Shown: positions 31,120-41,885, counted from the stretch's first letter. The stretch is 64,000 nt of DNA from an uncultured cyanobacterium (GCA_963793425.1 CAWCAG010000005.1:1312001-1376000), one strand, 5' to 3'. Made by a program: numbers and translations. Notes: generated by a model from the letters alone, not told the origin.

Positions 31120-31233
31120 GTTACAAAGTTTTAGTTTTGAAAGTAATAGCTCACGGGGTGACAAGGAACTGGAACAGCCTGTAAAGAGGAAGAAGCAGCA
31201 GAAAATGCTAAAAAAAGGAGGGTAAGCTAATTG

Positions 31234-32069
31234 GGTTCTACCGAACATAGGATGTAAGATTAGTAGTTGAAGTGCCAAGTCAAAATGCTCCTCAGAGAGA
31301 AGTTTTCAAAGTTCCTGAATCCGTAACCTCTCCTTTTAATCAACTTCAACTTGTTATTAATTCCTTCCACTACTCCTTGAGTTGTACGGGAGTCAAAGTA
31401 GGCTATAATCTCTCCCATCCAACGCCTTATTGTCCCACAACTTTTTGGGAAATACGAGTAAGCTTGAGCGCACCAATTAGCTATTTCTAATAATCCTTCA
31501 CTCCAGTCTTGGCTCTGTTAAAATATATTTCTAAATTCCTCTTTTAATCTGTGCATTTTACCCAGAAGAGGTGAGACTTTATTGACTTGGTTCAATTTAA
31601 TCTTTTGCTCTTCGCTCAAGTCTAATTCATTAAATTTCTTGCCACATTGCGAGCATCTCATTTGGCGACGATTAATTTTGAGATACACTGGTTGAGTTGC
31701 CCAAGGTAAATCTCTAATCGTTAGCTGATTATTCTGATGGAGTTTTTCAGTTATTGCACCGCAGTTAGTGCAGGTAGCTTTTTTCTCTATTTTTTCTATG
31801 TGTAAGACTATGCCTATACTCTCTATACACTGATAATGTTTAACGGTAACTCCTTCTAATTGAAGTAAGTTTGTCATGAGGTTTAGTTGAGGATTCGATG
31901 GCATTTGTATAAGTTAAGTCTAAATAGTAGTTTTATTTTTACTATCATTTAATCTTTGAAAGAGCTATAATGCAAGCTGGATAAACTTTATAGACATAAA
32001 ACTATATATTTAAAGCTTGAGTATCTATTTTCTTGTTTTTTGCTTTCACATTGCAAGTTCGGTAGAACC
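31234..32069 (-). mobile_element. ISL3-family insertion sequence remnant (deleted transposase, premature stop)
   Basis: 13-bp perfect terminal IRs GGTTCTACCGAAC at 31234 and 32057-32069. Transposase 31904->31260 has the zinc finger (CTNC...IRDLP...CSQC), an internal deletion, a stop at 31518, then [21 protein letters not shown]. Confidence 0.9.
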
Positions 32070-32116
32070 AAACTTTCCAAATTGATGAAGGTGGAGTCAT
32101 TGAAGAAACTTTTGTT

Positions 32117-32734
32117 TTGGATGAGGGCAAAACTATTACTGCTGCACAAGAAGAACAGACGGTTTTTTGGAACTTGGCAACAGGTGAAGAAATTGGTCGT
32201 GTTGAAGGAAAAATGTATAACTTTTTTGAGGTAGACAACAGAATCATCACCTATACGAAGGAATTAATACCTATTCCACAAAGTGAAGAAACAGAGCAAA
32301 ATTCAAACCAACCAAATTCCCAAGCATTTTGGAGTATTCCTACCACTTTGGTATATAGATATCCAGAGTTAGACTCAAAGTGTAAAATGCCTATTTTTTT
32401 TGTACCAGAAAGTGATTATTTTCGTTCATCTCCAGATGGTCGCTACTTAGCTATTCCTGGTAGCAACCCCAAGCCACAGGGTGAATTTGCTTCTTCTGGG
32501 AGAGTTTTGTCATCTTCTGAATTGTATGATCTTCAAAGCTGTAGCGAGGTTAATATTGCAGAACACCTAGCCCTTAGACTGACTAATGTAGGAGAGTTTT
32601 CTGCTGATTCAAGATACTACCTTATGCAGAATGCTTCTTTTCGTGTTGGCAACCATACTGCTTTCGGTGCAATCAAATTTAATCTGCAAACTGGCGAGAT
32701 TGTAGAGAAAATTCCTGAGAGAATCTGGGATTAG
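32117..32734 (+). CDS. Hypothetical beta-propeller/WD40-like protein, probably 5'-truncated by the IS
   Basis: VFWNLATGEEI, SSPDGRYLA, FSADSRY, FNLQTGEIV; frame is open back to the IS end. Confidence 0.5.
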   Translation: MDEGKTITAAQEEQTVFWNLATGEEIGRVEGKMYNFFEVDNRIITYTKELIPIPQSEETEQNSNQPNSQAFWSIPTTLVYRYPELDSKCKMPIFFVPESDYFRSSPDGRYLAIPGSNPKPQGEFASSGRVLSSSELYDLQSCSEVNIAEHLALRLTNVGEFSADSRYYLMQNASFRVGNHTAFGAIKFNLQTGEIVEKIPERIWD

Positions 32735-32975
32735 TAACCTGCTAAACAGAGGGTAATCTTTCAATCATCCCCAGGTATAGTAAATCAAAAACATTGATAT
32801 TTCTTAATCAAATAGATTGTAATTCAAGTAAATCCTCTCAAGAAAATTAAATACGGTTTTTATAGTCTGATAGAGGAATTAAATTAATGGGGTTTCTTCA
32901 AACTAAAGACACTAAAATAGAGAGCATTTATTACTAGCCACTTTTTAGTTTATACAAGGTTAGGAGGGTAAACAA

Positions 32976-33569
32976 ATGACATCTTCTGAAGCAGATGGCA
33001 TCAAGATAAAAATTATCGAACCAAACTTAATAGTCCGACCTATTCGTGAGAACAGAAAGGAAGTTAAGACTTGCTTACAAATTCATGTAACTATTAGCAA
33101 CAATCTACCAAAGCTTTTCCCCTTTGTTTATGATCTGTTAACTCCAGAATTACTCACACCGCAAGGACAAATACTACATCCCCAAAAGCTAATCAATCGA
33201 CAAACCATTCCCCATCAATATTACGGTATGGGAATTCCTCATCAAGCGACTTTAAGGTGCTATTTAATTGCCGAGGTTTCTTGGGACAACAACTTACTTA
33301 AACTTCAAGGCTATATCTCAAATCCCAACTCATTGTTCCGGATAGCTCCTTACTATTGTTGTTCTTTTGAGGCTCTACAACTAGGAGCATACCAATTAAA
33401 GTTTACATACTCAAGTCCTAAAGAAGAATTCTTATTCTTTGATGCTAGGACGAGGGAGGAGGCTAGCAAAGTACAAACTTCGGTGACAAATCTGCTCTTC
33501 ACCTCTTGGGTAAACCTGCAACTTGTTGAACCTGTAGAGTCCAATCAAAACGCCGTAGAATATGATTAG
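32976..33569 (+). CDS. Hypothetical protein (possibly truncated)
   Basis: 197-aa ORF with GGAGGG RBS; no recognisable motif. Confidence 0.45.
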   Translation: MTSSEADGIKIKIIEPNLIVRPIRENRKEVKTCLQIHVTISNNLPKLFPFVYDLLTPELLTPQGQILHPQKLINRQTIPHQYYGMGIPHQATLRCYLIAEVSWDNNLLKLQGYISNPNSLFRIAPYYCCSFEALQLGAYQLKFTYSSPKEEFLFFDARTREEASKVQTSVTNLLFTSWVNLQLVEPVESNQNAVEYD

Positions 33570-33753
33570 GAAAGAGTGCTATCCAGCAAGGAGTTTAACT
33601 TCCTCTTCTGAAAGAGTCTTTGAACCCACTTTCATACTTGCGATCACGGCTTTTGGTTTAGGAGTTGTTTGGCGGGATAAGAAAGGTAAGAGTAGAGAAA
33701 TTTCCTGAAGAGATTTGGGATTAGCCACTGCTAAACAATAACTCTAGTCATAA

Positions 33754-34128
33754 ATGTTTGGAAAAATGAAAAAAGCAAAAATTCTCATAATTTTAAGTAT
33801 ACTTTCTCCAATATTACAAGTTAATTCGCAGGTTCTAGGGGCCGCTCTCACTCCAGTAGACAAAATCAGTTTCGATCCCATAGTTGAGAATGATAAAGTT
33901 GGCGATCTAACGCTTAAAGTTGCTCCTTATGCTGACCAGAATGGTGTATTGACAGGAGATTTTGGAATTAAGGGAGAATTTAAGTCAAGTACTAACGAGT
34001 CTTATGCTGATTTTTTACAAAACACTCTTAATGGAGCAATAGGTATTAATTGGTTACAAATATGGAATATCGAACCAAATTTTCCGGGCTTAGGAGTTGT
34101 CTGGCGAGGTAAAAAAGGTAAGAAGTGA
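33754..34128 (+). pseudogene. Internally deleted secreted PEP-CTERM-like protein
   Basis: Signal peptide; ends abruptly in GLGVVWRGKKGKK, matching the tail of the sorting-signal remnant at 33601-33690. Confidence 0.5.
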
Positions 34129-34960
34129 AACTTACTTACACCATACTTTATTGCCTTAGCATCATCCTCATTGAACCTTGGGGTAACAGTCGCGGCGATA
34201 TTTGGACGGAACCGAAAATCTTAGTCCTGTTGTTAATAACTCTCCTTAACCTTTCTCTGCTTTGGGAAGAAAGGTTAAACTTAATCATCCCCCGCAATTG
34301 GAAAATAACAGCCCTTCTTTGGTCTATTTTCCTTACCATTGGCTTCATTGCTACCCTGCAAAGTCCTTTCCCCAATACCTCCTTATGGGGACAAGCACAA
34401 ATGGGAGATGGTTGGTTGTATTGGTGTTTGGTGGCTGGTTTTGCCCTTAGCAATGGCTTGCTGCTAACGTTGCGGCCAGAATTGCTACGCTGTCAATATT
34501 GGCGTTTAATTGGTGGGGGAGTTATCTTGGCGATCGCAATTTTCCCTCAAGCTATTAATTGGCAAATTGACTACACCGCTACAACAGGTCAGTTGCTTAA
34601 AGATAATATCCTTGTTAGTACCATTTTTCGTAACCAGCAACCCATTGGTTTTTATTCCCATCGTGGTCATGCTGCTATTGTGTTAGTTAAAGAGAAACTC
34701 TCCCTACCTACAAAGCCCATAACCTAGTTTTAGACACTACCTTATCAGTGGGAATCTTCGGAACAATAACTTATCTTTTTCTTATTGGCTACTGTTACTG
34801 GCAAGTTAAGCATTCTTCTTATTGCGGTATAGAAACTGTTGCGATCGCCTACTTTATTTTCACTCTAACTTGGTTTGAATGCGCCCAGTTTAGCCATTTA
34901 GCTTGGTGGGCGCTTTCTCTATCTTCATTCCCCCTCGTCTCTCCGTCACTATTCAAGTAA
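34125..34960 (+). pseudogene. O-antigen ligase/polymerase-like membrane protein, internally deleted
   Basis: Multi-TM N-terminal part ending PIGFYSHRGHAA is truncated at 34727; C-terminal piece GIFG...TLTWFECAQFSHLAWW follows at 34748-34960. Confidence 0.6.
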
Positions 34961-35963
34961 ATTGAGCATCAGGCAAATCATCCAAAGTCTGCCAAACTTT
35001 TTGTAACAAGGCATCAAGACCCATTCTCGCCACCGCAGAAATACCAAAGATAGGTGCAGCAGTTAATTGAGAAAGTTCTTCTACAATTAGTTCATAGGTT
35101 TCTTCATCCACCGCATCTAACTTATTCAAACCAATAATTTGCTGTCGCTCTGCTAAACTGTGTCCGTAAGCTTGCAATTCTGCTTGAATAGTTTGATAAT
35201 CGGCAATGGGGTCATTTGCTGTCAGATCAATTAAGTGTAACAACAGGCGAGTACGTTCGATGTGACGTAGAAAGTCATGACCCAATCCTACTCCGGTATG
35301 AGCGCCGGCAATTAAACCGGGAATGTCTGCAAATACTGTTCCATCCCCCGTCGGCTTACGAACTACCCCCAAGTTGGGTACTAAAGTGGTAAAAGGATAA
35401 TCAGCTATCTTAGGACGGGCAGCGGAAAGGGCAGCAATTAAGGTAGATTTACCAGTATTAGGTAAACCGATAATGCCCACCTCTGCTAAGAGTTTTAACT
35501 CCAAGCGCAGACTGTTAATTTCCCCTGGCAAACCGGGTAAAGCATATTCCGGCGCTCTATTACTATTACTTAAAAAATGTTGATTCCCCAAGCCTCCTTT
35601 GCCTCCTTTGACGGCGCAAAAAGTTTGTTGGGGTGTCACCAAATCTCCTAAGATTTTTCCACTCTCAAGCTCGTAAATGACTGTACCACAAGGGACTTCT
35701 ACAATAAGATCATCTCCTGAAGCCCCAGTACGATTATTTGGCCCGCCTCGCTTACCGTCATCTGCTTTAAAATGACGAGCATATTTAAAGTCCAAAAGAG
35801 TTTGCAAGTTTTCTACGGCTTTGAAAAAAATTGAACCACCCCGCCCCCCATTGCCTCCTGCGGGGCCTCCTGCCGGGACGTATTTCTCCCGGCGAAAGGC
35901 GACTATTCCATCACCGCCTTTACCTGCTTCTACTTCTATTTCTGCTCGATCTATGAACTGCAT
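34953..35963 (-). CDS. obgE: GTPase ObgE/CgtA
   Basis: [44 protein letters not shown]. Confidence 0.97.
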   Translation of the reverse strand: MQFIDRAEIEVEAGKGGDGIVAFRREKYVPAGGPAGGNGGRGGSIFFKAVENLQTLLDFKYARHFKADDGKRGGPNNRTGASGDDLIVEVPCGTVIYELESGKILGDLVTPQQTFCAVKGGKGGLGNQHFLSNSNRAPEYALPGLPGEINSLRLELKLLAEVGIIGLPNTGKSTLIAALSAARPKIADYPFTTLVPNLGVVRKPTGDGTVFADIPGLIAGAHTGVGLGHDFLRHIERTRLLLHLIDLTANDPIADYQTIQAELQAYGHSLAERQQIIGLNKLDAVDEETYELIVEELSQLTAAPIFGISAVARMGLDALLQKVWQTLDDLPDAQFT

Positions 35964-36201
35964 TTATTTTTAAGTAATCAGTAATAAGTTATACCACTTC
36001 CGGAAGTTACAGTAACAAAGATTTAGTGATTTCCTAATTATCCCGGAAAACCAACGTAAACCCTAATTCATACCTAAACATCAACCAAGTTTTTTAAACT
36101 ATAAAAATATGAAAAATTAAAATTGAGGAATTTTGCTTGATAGAGATGTAGTTATTCCATTATTTTCTCGTTGCCAAATAATTTTTTAGGGGGTTGCTAC
36201 C

Positions 36202-37107
36202 ATGTTTTCCATTTATATTTTGACCTATAACGAAGAACAAGAGATTGCTGCTTGCATTGAATCAGCACTGTTATGTGATGATGTTATTGTTGTAGACTCT
36301 TTTAGCAGCGATTCCACCATAGAAATTGCCCAGAAATATTCTGTACAGGTTGTACAGCATCATTTTGAAAGTCATGGGCAACAGCGTAGTTGGATGCTAA
36401 AGTCTGTACCGAGTAAGTACCAATGGGCTTATATCTTAGAAGCAGATGAACGGATGACTCCAGAATTATTCCAAGAATGCTTACAAGCAGTACAAGATGC
36501 TCAGCACGTTGGTTATTATGTAGCCGAGCGGGTTATGTTCATGAATGCTTGGATACGCCATAGCACCCAATATCCTCGCTATCAACTGCGCTTGTTACAT
36601 AAAGATTATGTTTGGTTTGATGATTATGGCCATACAGAAAGGGAAGTCTGCAAGGGTTCTACAGGTTTTTTACAACAGACTTATCCCCACTACACTGCCG
36701 GTAAAGGCTTTAGTCGTTGGCTAGAAAAACATAATCGTTATTCTAGCGATGAGGCCCAAGAAACCGTTAAACAGTTGTCCCAAGGTAAGGTTGATTTAGC
36801 GGCTCTGTTTTTTGGGGCTACGGAAGTAAAAAGGCGACGGGCCTTGAAAGATTTATCTTTGAGAATACCTGGTCGTCCTGTGGTACGTTTTATTTATATG
36901 TATGTGTTTTTAAAAGGCTTTTTAGATGGTCAAGCCGGTTTTGTTTGGTGTCTTTTACAAGCTTTTTATGAATATTTAATTACTCTCAAAGTTTGGGAAA
37001 TACGAAACAATCAATCTAGCTCAACTATGAAGCAAGAAGTTGATTTTGAACCAAATGATTTAGATTATGATTCCCAAGAGCTAAATTCTTTACAATTAGA
37101 AGTTTAA
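36202..37107 (+). CDS. Glycosyltransferase family 2
   Basis: ILTYNEE, VVDSFSSD, EADE, KHNRYS. Confidence 0.9.
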   Translation: MFSIYILTYNEEQEIAACIESALLCDDVIVVDSFSSDSTIEIAQKYSVQVVQHHFESHGQQRSWMLKSVPSKYQWAYILEADERMTPELFQECLQAVQDAQHVGYYVAERVMFMNAWIRHSTQYPRYQLRLLHKDYVWFDDYGHTEREVCKGSTGFLQQTYPHYTAGKGFSRWLEKHNRYSSDEAQETVKQLSQGKVDLAALFFGATEVKRRRALKDLSLRIPGRPVVRFIYMYVFLKGFLDGQAGFVWCLLQAFYEYLITLKVWEIRNNQSSSTMKQEVDFEPNDLDYDSQELNSLQLEV

Positions 37108-37136
37108 TTTCAGCTTGAGTAATAGCTCAAAAAAAT

Positions 37137-37164
37137 GTAGAGACGCTCAAGAAAACGTCTCTAC
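37137..37164. terminator. Bidirectional hairpin between convergent genes
   Basis: GTAGAGACG-N10-CGTCTCTAC, flanked by A-rich and T-rich tracts. Confidence 0.6.
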
Positions 37165-37191
37165 GAAAAGATTTTTTTATTTTGGTTTAAG

Positions 37192-37353
37192 TTAATTGAG
37201 TTTCAAGTAATCGAGTTCAGCTTTTATTTGACTAATCAAAGTTTCATCACCATTAGCACGAGCTACTTCTAAGCGACGTTGTATATTTTTACGGAGAGAT
37301 TCGCGATAGTTATTAGCAGCCTGTTTAACATGTTCCCGACTTATATTTTTCAT
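37192..37353 (-). CDS. pirA: PirA-like (Ssr0692) PII-interacting regulator of arginine synthesis, 53 aa; not in ORF track
   Basis: MKNISREHVKQAANNYRESLRKNIQRRLEVARANGDETLISQIKAELDYLKLN; the RxxxRKNxxxRLEVARxxGxxxLxxQxxAE pattern matches the family as I recall it. Confidence 0.82.
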   Translation of the reverse strand: MKNISREHVKQAANNYRESLRKNIQRRLEVARANGDETLISQIKAELDYLKLN

Positions 37354-37692
37354 ATTGAGCAGTTTTCAACAATTGATTTTAATTTGACAACCTTTATATT
37401 TATATTAGCATTTTCTTCAATAAATGTAACCAATTTGACAGAAATTAATATTTTTCCTTTCTGTTTTAATGCAACAGAGTTTATACTGATAATTAATTAA
37501 ATGTTTGTTAAGATACCTAATTTTACTTAGTCTTTATGCTATCTACCTTTTTGAGGTGAAGCCCCTAGTACTGAAGCTCTTAATTAAGACTACAGTTATT
37601 CATAACACTTTATAACGCTATTTAAATCATTGGAAACAATCAGAATTGGAGTTATTTAGCGACTTAATGTAATCATTTTTAACAAACAAAAC

Positions 37693-38739
37693 TTGGAGGG
37701 CAGAGTGTCTTTTAAACGGAAGTTACTATCAATTGATGGAGGAGGTATTCGAGGCATAATTCCGGCCAAAATTCTGGTGGAAATTGAAAAACGTACTCAA
37801 AAAAGCATCTTTGAACTCTTTGACTTAATCGCAGGAACTTCTACAGGAGGTATTCTGGCTTTAGGACTAACTGCGCCAGATCAAAAAGAAAACGGAAAGC
37901 CCAGATACACTGCCGAAGATTTACTCAATCTTTATCATCAAGAAAGTAAAAATATTTTCTACGAACCTTTCTTAGAAAGAATGACTAGCGCTGATGATTT
38001 AGTTAGGCCTAAATATTCTTCTGCGGGGAGAGATGAAGTCTTAAACCAATATTTCGGCAAGACTCCTATCAAAGAAGCTCTTACAGAAGTTTTAGTTCCT
38101 AGCTACGATATTGAACAAAGATTGCCAGTCTTCTTCACTAGTGATCCAGGAAAACAAGAAACTCGTTCCCCTCTTTTCCGGAAGATTCGTGATGGTTTCA
38201 CCATGAAACAAGCAGCGATGGCAACTTCTGCTGCTCCTACTTATTTTAAACCTTATCGAGTTCCCACCACCCAAACTCGCAGCGGTTTTTATACCCTAGT
38301 TGATGGGGGAGTATTTGCGAATAATCCTACTGCTTTAGCCACCATTGAAGCTATTACCGACCTAAAACAAAATTCTCACCATCTTAATATTAATTCTATT
38401 TTAGTTGTCTCCCTTGGCACTGGCTCTCTGACTGGCGAATATGCCTATGAACAAGCAGAAAATTGGGGTTTACTAGGTTGGGTGAGGCCTTTGCTTAATA
38501 TCACCTTAGATGGCTCCAGTGAATCCGTTGCAGTGCAAATGGCTCAACTCTTGCCGCCAGTTTACGAGCAGCCCCAACAATACTATCGTTTCCAACAATT
38601 TCTTGGTTCTAGTAACGATGATTTAGATGATATTAGCAATGATAACATCCAAAAACTAGAAGCCCTAGCAGAGCAAACAATTGCCGAAAAAACTGAAGAA
38701 ATAGACTGTCTATGCCAGCAACTTTGCGAAATTAATTAA
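37693..38739 (+). CDS. Patatin-like phospholipase
   Basis: DGGGIRG, GTSTG, SAAPTYF, DGG. Confidence 0.92.
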   Translation: MEGRVSFKRKLLSIDGGGIRGIIPAKILVEIEKRTQKSIFELFDLIAGTSTGGILALGLTAPDQKENGKPRYTAEDLLNLYHQESKNIFYEPFLERMTSADDLVRPKYSSAGRDEVLNQYFGKTPIKEALTEVLVPSYDIEQRLPVFFTSDPGKQETRSPLFRKIRDGFTMKQAAMATSAAPTYFKPYRVPTTQTRSGFYTLVDGGVFANNPTALATIEAITDLKQNSHHLNINSILVVSLGTGSLTGEYAYEQAENWGLLGWVRPLLNITLDGSSESVAVQMAQLLPPVYEQPQQYYRFQQFLGSSNDDLDDISNDNIQKLEALAEQTIAEKTEEIDCLCQQLCEIN

Positions 38740-38751
38740 TAAACCAAAAAA

Positions 38752-39534
38752 GTGCTAACTCTTCTAAGTGATTTTGGTTATCGAGATGTTTATGTTGGGG
38801 TGATGAAAGGTGTGATCGCCACCATAAACCCTCAACTAAAAGTAGTAGATTTAACCCATGCCATCCCCCCTCAAAATATTGCTGCGGCGAGGTTTGCCTT
38901 GCTTAATGCTTATGCTTATTTTCCTCCTGGTACAGTCCATGTTGCTGTTATCGATCCAGGGGTAGGAAGTCAGCGACGGGGTATAGCAGTTGAAATTGCA
39001 GAAGGTTTCCTGGTGGGGCCAGATAATGGTTTATTTAGTGGTATTCTTGCTCAATCTTCTGGCATTGCTGCTGTAGAATTAACTAACTCTCTATATTGGC
39101 GATCGCCCTTTCCTAGCCATACTTTTCATGGTAGAGATATTTTTGCTCCTGTGGGAGCGCATCTAGCTGGGGGTATTGCGTTAAAAGACTTGGGTAAGGA
39201 AGTTGAGGTTAATACTTTAGTGCAGCTACCCCTTTCTGCTTATAAGGTTAAACCAGAAAGAATTATTGCTTCTATTCAATATATTGACCATTTCGGTAAC
39301 CTAATCACCAACATTCCTGCTAGGGAAGTCGAAGGGAAATCTTGGTTTATCGTCATCGGCAATCAAAAAATTCCTGCAACCCAAACCTATAGCGATAAAG
39401 CTTTAGGAGAAGTTGTCAGTTTGGTTGGCAGTCATGGTTGGATAGAAGTTGCCGTTAATGGTGGTAGCGCCAAGAAAGTTTTAGAATTAAACTGGGGAGA
39501 TCAGGTTGAAGCAATAATGACCATTAAGCCTTAA
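38752..39534 (+). CDS. SAM hydrolase / SAM-dependent halogenase family (DUF62)
   Basis: SDFG, VIDPGVGSQRR, GPDNG, TFHGRDIF, IDHFGNLITN. Confidence 0.92.
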   Translation: MLTLLSDFGYRDVYVGVMKGVIATINPQLKVVDLTHAIPPQNIAAARFALLNAYAYFPPGTVHVAVIDPGVGSQRRGIAVEIAEGFLVGPDNGLFSGILAQSSGIAAVELTNSLYWRSPFPSHTFHGRDIFAPVGAHLAGGIALKDLGKEVEVNTLVQLPLSAYKVKPERIIASIQYIDHFGNLITNIPAREVEGKSWFIVIGNQKIPATQTYSDKALGEVVSLVGSHGWIEVAVNGGSAKKVLELNWGDQVEAIMTIKP

Positions 39535-39811
39535 CTAATTGAGAAATTGTTTTAGCCATTTTGAAATCTTCTTCTGTTAAACCACCTGCATCGTGGCTAG
39601 TTAAGCTCACCGTAACTGTATTGTAAGAAATTTCTAAATCAGGATGATGCCCCGCAGATTCCGCTGGTTCGACTAGTTTGTTCACAAAATCAATGGCTGC
39701 GACAAAATCTTCAAACTTGAAAAGATGCTTGATTTTTTTGCCTTCTAACTCCCAACCAGATAATTGACTAAGATGTTTTGGGATTTCTGTTTTGCTAAGT
39801 AGTTGCGCCAT
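39524..39811 (-). CDS. phhB: Pterin-4-alpha-carbinolamine dehydratase
   Basis: AESAGHHPD...TSHDAGGLT. Confidence 0.92.
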   Translation of the reverse strand: MAQLLSKTEIPKHLSQLSGWELEGKKIKHLFKFEDFVAAIDFVNKLVEPAESAGHHPDLEISYNTVTVSLTSHDAGGLTEEDFKMAKTISQLVKA

Positions 39812-39856
39812 TTTTTCAATGATTAGTTATGAGTTATCAATTTTTACATTACCCCC

Positions 39857-40147
39857 AAAAAACTATCCGCCCCCATAGTAAAGCACATTTAAGTACTTAC
39901 ATATGGGAGCGGTCTAGCGGGTCTTCTAGTTAGTATCTGGCTGCCGGAAGGAACTATAAATATTTAGCTTCCCAGCGCTTTTAGATAAAACGAGTCAAGC
40001 TTGATTCTTTAAAGAACAGCCCCGGCGCGCAGCCGATAAACTCCAACTAAATGACCCATGGTCATACTACTTTCAATCATGGGCATCACCTCCTTTCTAC
40101 CTGAACGGTTTGAGTCTCAAAATTGTTTTGGGGTTTTTCCTTCCCCC
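39857..40147 (-). ncRNA. Putative ~290-nt structured small RNA containing a 23-codon sORF (40080-40009)
   Basis: Extended -10-like TGTTATCTT just upstream; 5' hairpin GGGG/CCCC; strong SD AAAGGAGGTGA; hairpin GCTGGGAAG/CTTCCGGC; terminal hairpin CCGCTCCCATA/TATGGGGGCGG followed by a U tract. Confidence 0.65.
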
Positions 40148-40240
40148 TGATTAAGATAACACAGTTTTTTTATTAATGGCTAATTGCTAGTGGCTAGTGG
40201 CTAATAGCTAATCATTAAAGGACACTCTAAGTCACTCCAT

Positions 40241-40438
40241 TTAATAACGAAAAGTTTGGTCAATACCGTAGGCTATGCCTAATCCTAAGCTTAGTAGGAA
40301 AAGTAACATCAAAATTCCACCGGGAATAAAGCCCAAAAGTCCAAAACCTCTCAAAATATACAAAGCTAAGGCGATCGCGGAGATAACCGCAAAAGGATAA
40401 GCAAAAATAGATTTATCTGGGCGAGGAGATGAACTCAT
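40241..40438 (-). CDS. Small conserved-type membrane protein
   Basis: Two TM helices with YILRGFGLLGFIPGG. Confidence 0.65.
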   Translation of the reverse strand: MSSSPRPDKSIFAYPFAVISAIALALYILRGFGLLGFIPGGILMLLFLLSLGLGIAYGIDQTFRY

Positions 40439-41021
40439 AAAATTAGTTATTTCAATGATGTCTATGACAAGGGCAAGCCTTACTAATGATACCTAACGGC
40501 AACGGCAAGCTGAACAATGATCATTGGATTAATTTAGTGGGTGCTTCGGAAAAAATTAACGATTGTTTATAAAGTTGTGCAATTTTGTTTTCTAGGATTC
40601 AGGCAAATTCTCTTCGGCCCAGTTAAAAGGATGAATCTACGGGTTGGCCAGAGATAAACTGGTTCTATTTTATACACTTTTCTCCGTATCTCTAGGAAAT
40701 ATAGGGGTACAGAAGGTTGTTGGTGTGAAAATGTGTTTTTTGTTTTTTGTTACTATTTAATAAAAATAAAGACCAAAGAAGTCTTAACTAAGTATTGGAA
40801 TATTAATAATGCTTTAGGAGTTAGATAAAACATTCATGTTCCCATTTGAGCTTGATCACTCGCTATAATAGCCATCTCCATTTAGAAACCCCCTTTCTTT
40901 TATGGAGAAGTTCGACAATAATGCCTAATGAAGACAAAAAAGCTTATATCTTCTGTTTCTAACGTCCGTAGCTTAAATAAACATTCACCATATATTCAAT
41001 TAAAACTAGGAGACAACCAAT

Positions 41022-41885
41022 ATGAAACTGTCAGTTTATGGAAAGGGTGGAATCGGTAAATCTACAACAAGCTGCAATATCTCTGTAGCTTTAGCTAAAA
41101 GAGGTAAAAAAGTCTTGCAAATTGGCTGTGACCCCAAGCATGACAGCACCTTCACTCTGACAGGTTTCCTTATTCCTACCATCATCGACACCTTACAAGA
41201 AAAAGATTTCCATTACGAAGATATTTGGCCAGAAGATGTCATTTATAAAGGCTATGGCGGCGTTGATTGTGTAGAAGCAGGAGGCCCCCCGGCTGGTGCA
41301 GGTTGCGGTGGTTATGTAGTTGGGGAAACTGTTAAACTCCTCAAAGAACTCAACGCTTTTGATGAGTACGATGTTATTCTCTTTGATGTCTTAGGTGACG
41401 TAGTTTGCGGCGGTTTTGCGGCCCCTTTAAACTACTCTGACTATTGCATGATTATTACAGACAATGGTTTTGATGCTTTATTCGCGGCCAATCGTATCGC
41501 TGCTTCGGTAAGAGAAAAAGCCCGCACTCACCCCCTCCGCTTAGCAGGTTTAATTGGTAACCGTACCTCCAAGCGAGACTTAATCGATAAATACATAGAA
41601 TCAGTACCAATGCCAGTGTTAGAAATTCTGCCTTTAATTGAAGATATTCGCGTTTCTCGCGTTAAGGGTAAGACTCTATTTGAAATGGCCGAAACTGATC
41701 CTTCCTTAAGTTACGTCTGTGACTACTATCTCAACATCGCTGATCAGGTTTTAGCTTTGCCAGAAGGTGTAGTACCCAACGAATCTCAAGATCGCGACCT
41801 ATTCACTCTCTTATCAGACTTCTATCTCAACGACACCCTACCTCAAAAATCAGCAGAAGAAGAACTAGACTTGATGATGGTTTAA
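41022..41885 (+). CDS. chlL: Dark-operative protochlorophyllide reductase Fe protein
   Basis: [40 protein letters not shown]. Confidence 0.97.
   Translation: MKLSVYGKGGIGKSTTSCNISVALAKRGKKVLQIGCDPKHDSTFTLTGFLIPTIIDTLQEKDFHYEDIWPEDVIYKGYGGVDCVEAGGPPAGAGCGGYVVGETVKLLKELNAFDEYDVILFDVLGDVVCGGFAAPLNYSDYCMIITDNGFDALFAANRIAASVREKARTHPLRLAGLIGNRTSKRDLIDKYIESVPMPVLEILPLIEDIRVSRVKGKTLFEMAETDPSLSYVCDYYLNIADQVLALPEGVVPNESQDRDLFTLLSDFYLNDTLPQKSAEEELDLMMV

Noticed and set aside
31272..31490. 72-aa plus-strand ORF
   Set aside because: Antisense shadow of the ISL3 transposase C-terminus
37279..37500. 73-aa plus-strand ORF
   Set aside because: Overlaps the pirA-like gene and its AT-rich promoter on the opposite strand; no motif
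37693..38739. Patatin as a CBASS CapV effector
   Set aside because: No CD-NTase or other CBASS genes nearby; neighbours are housekeeping
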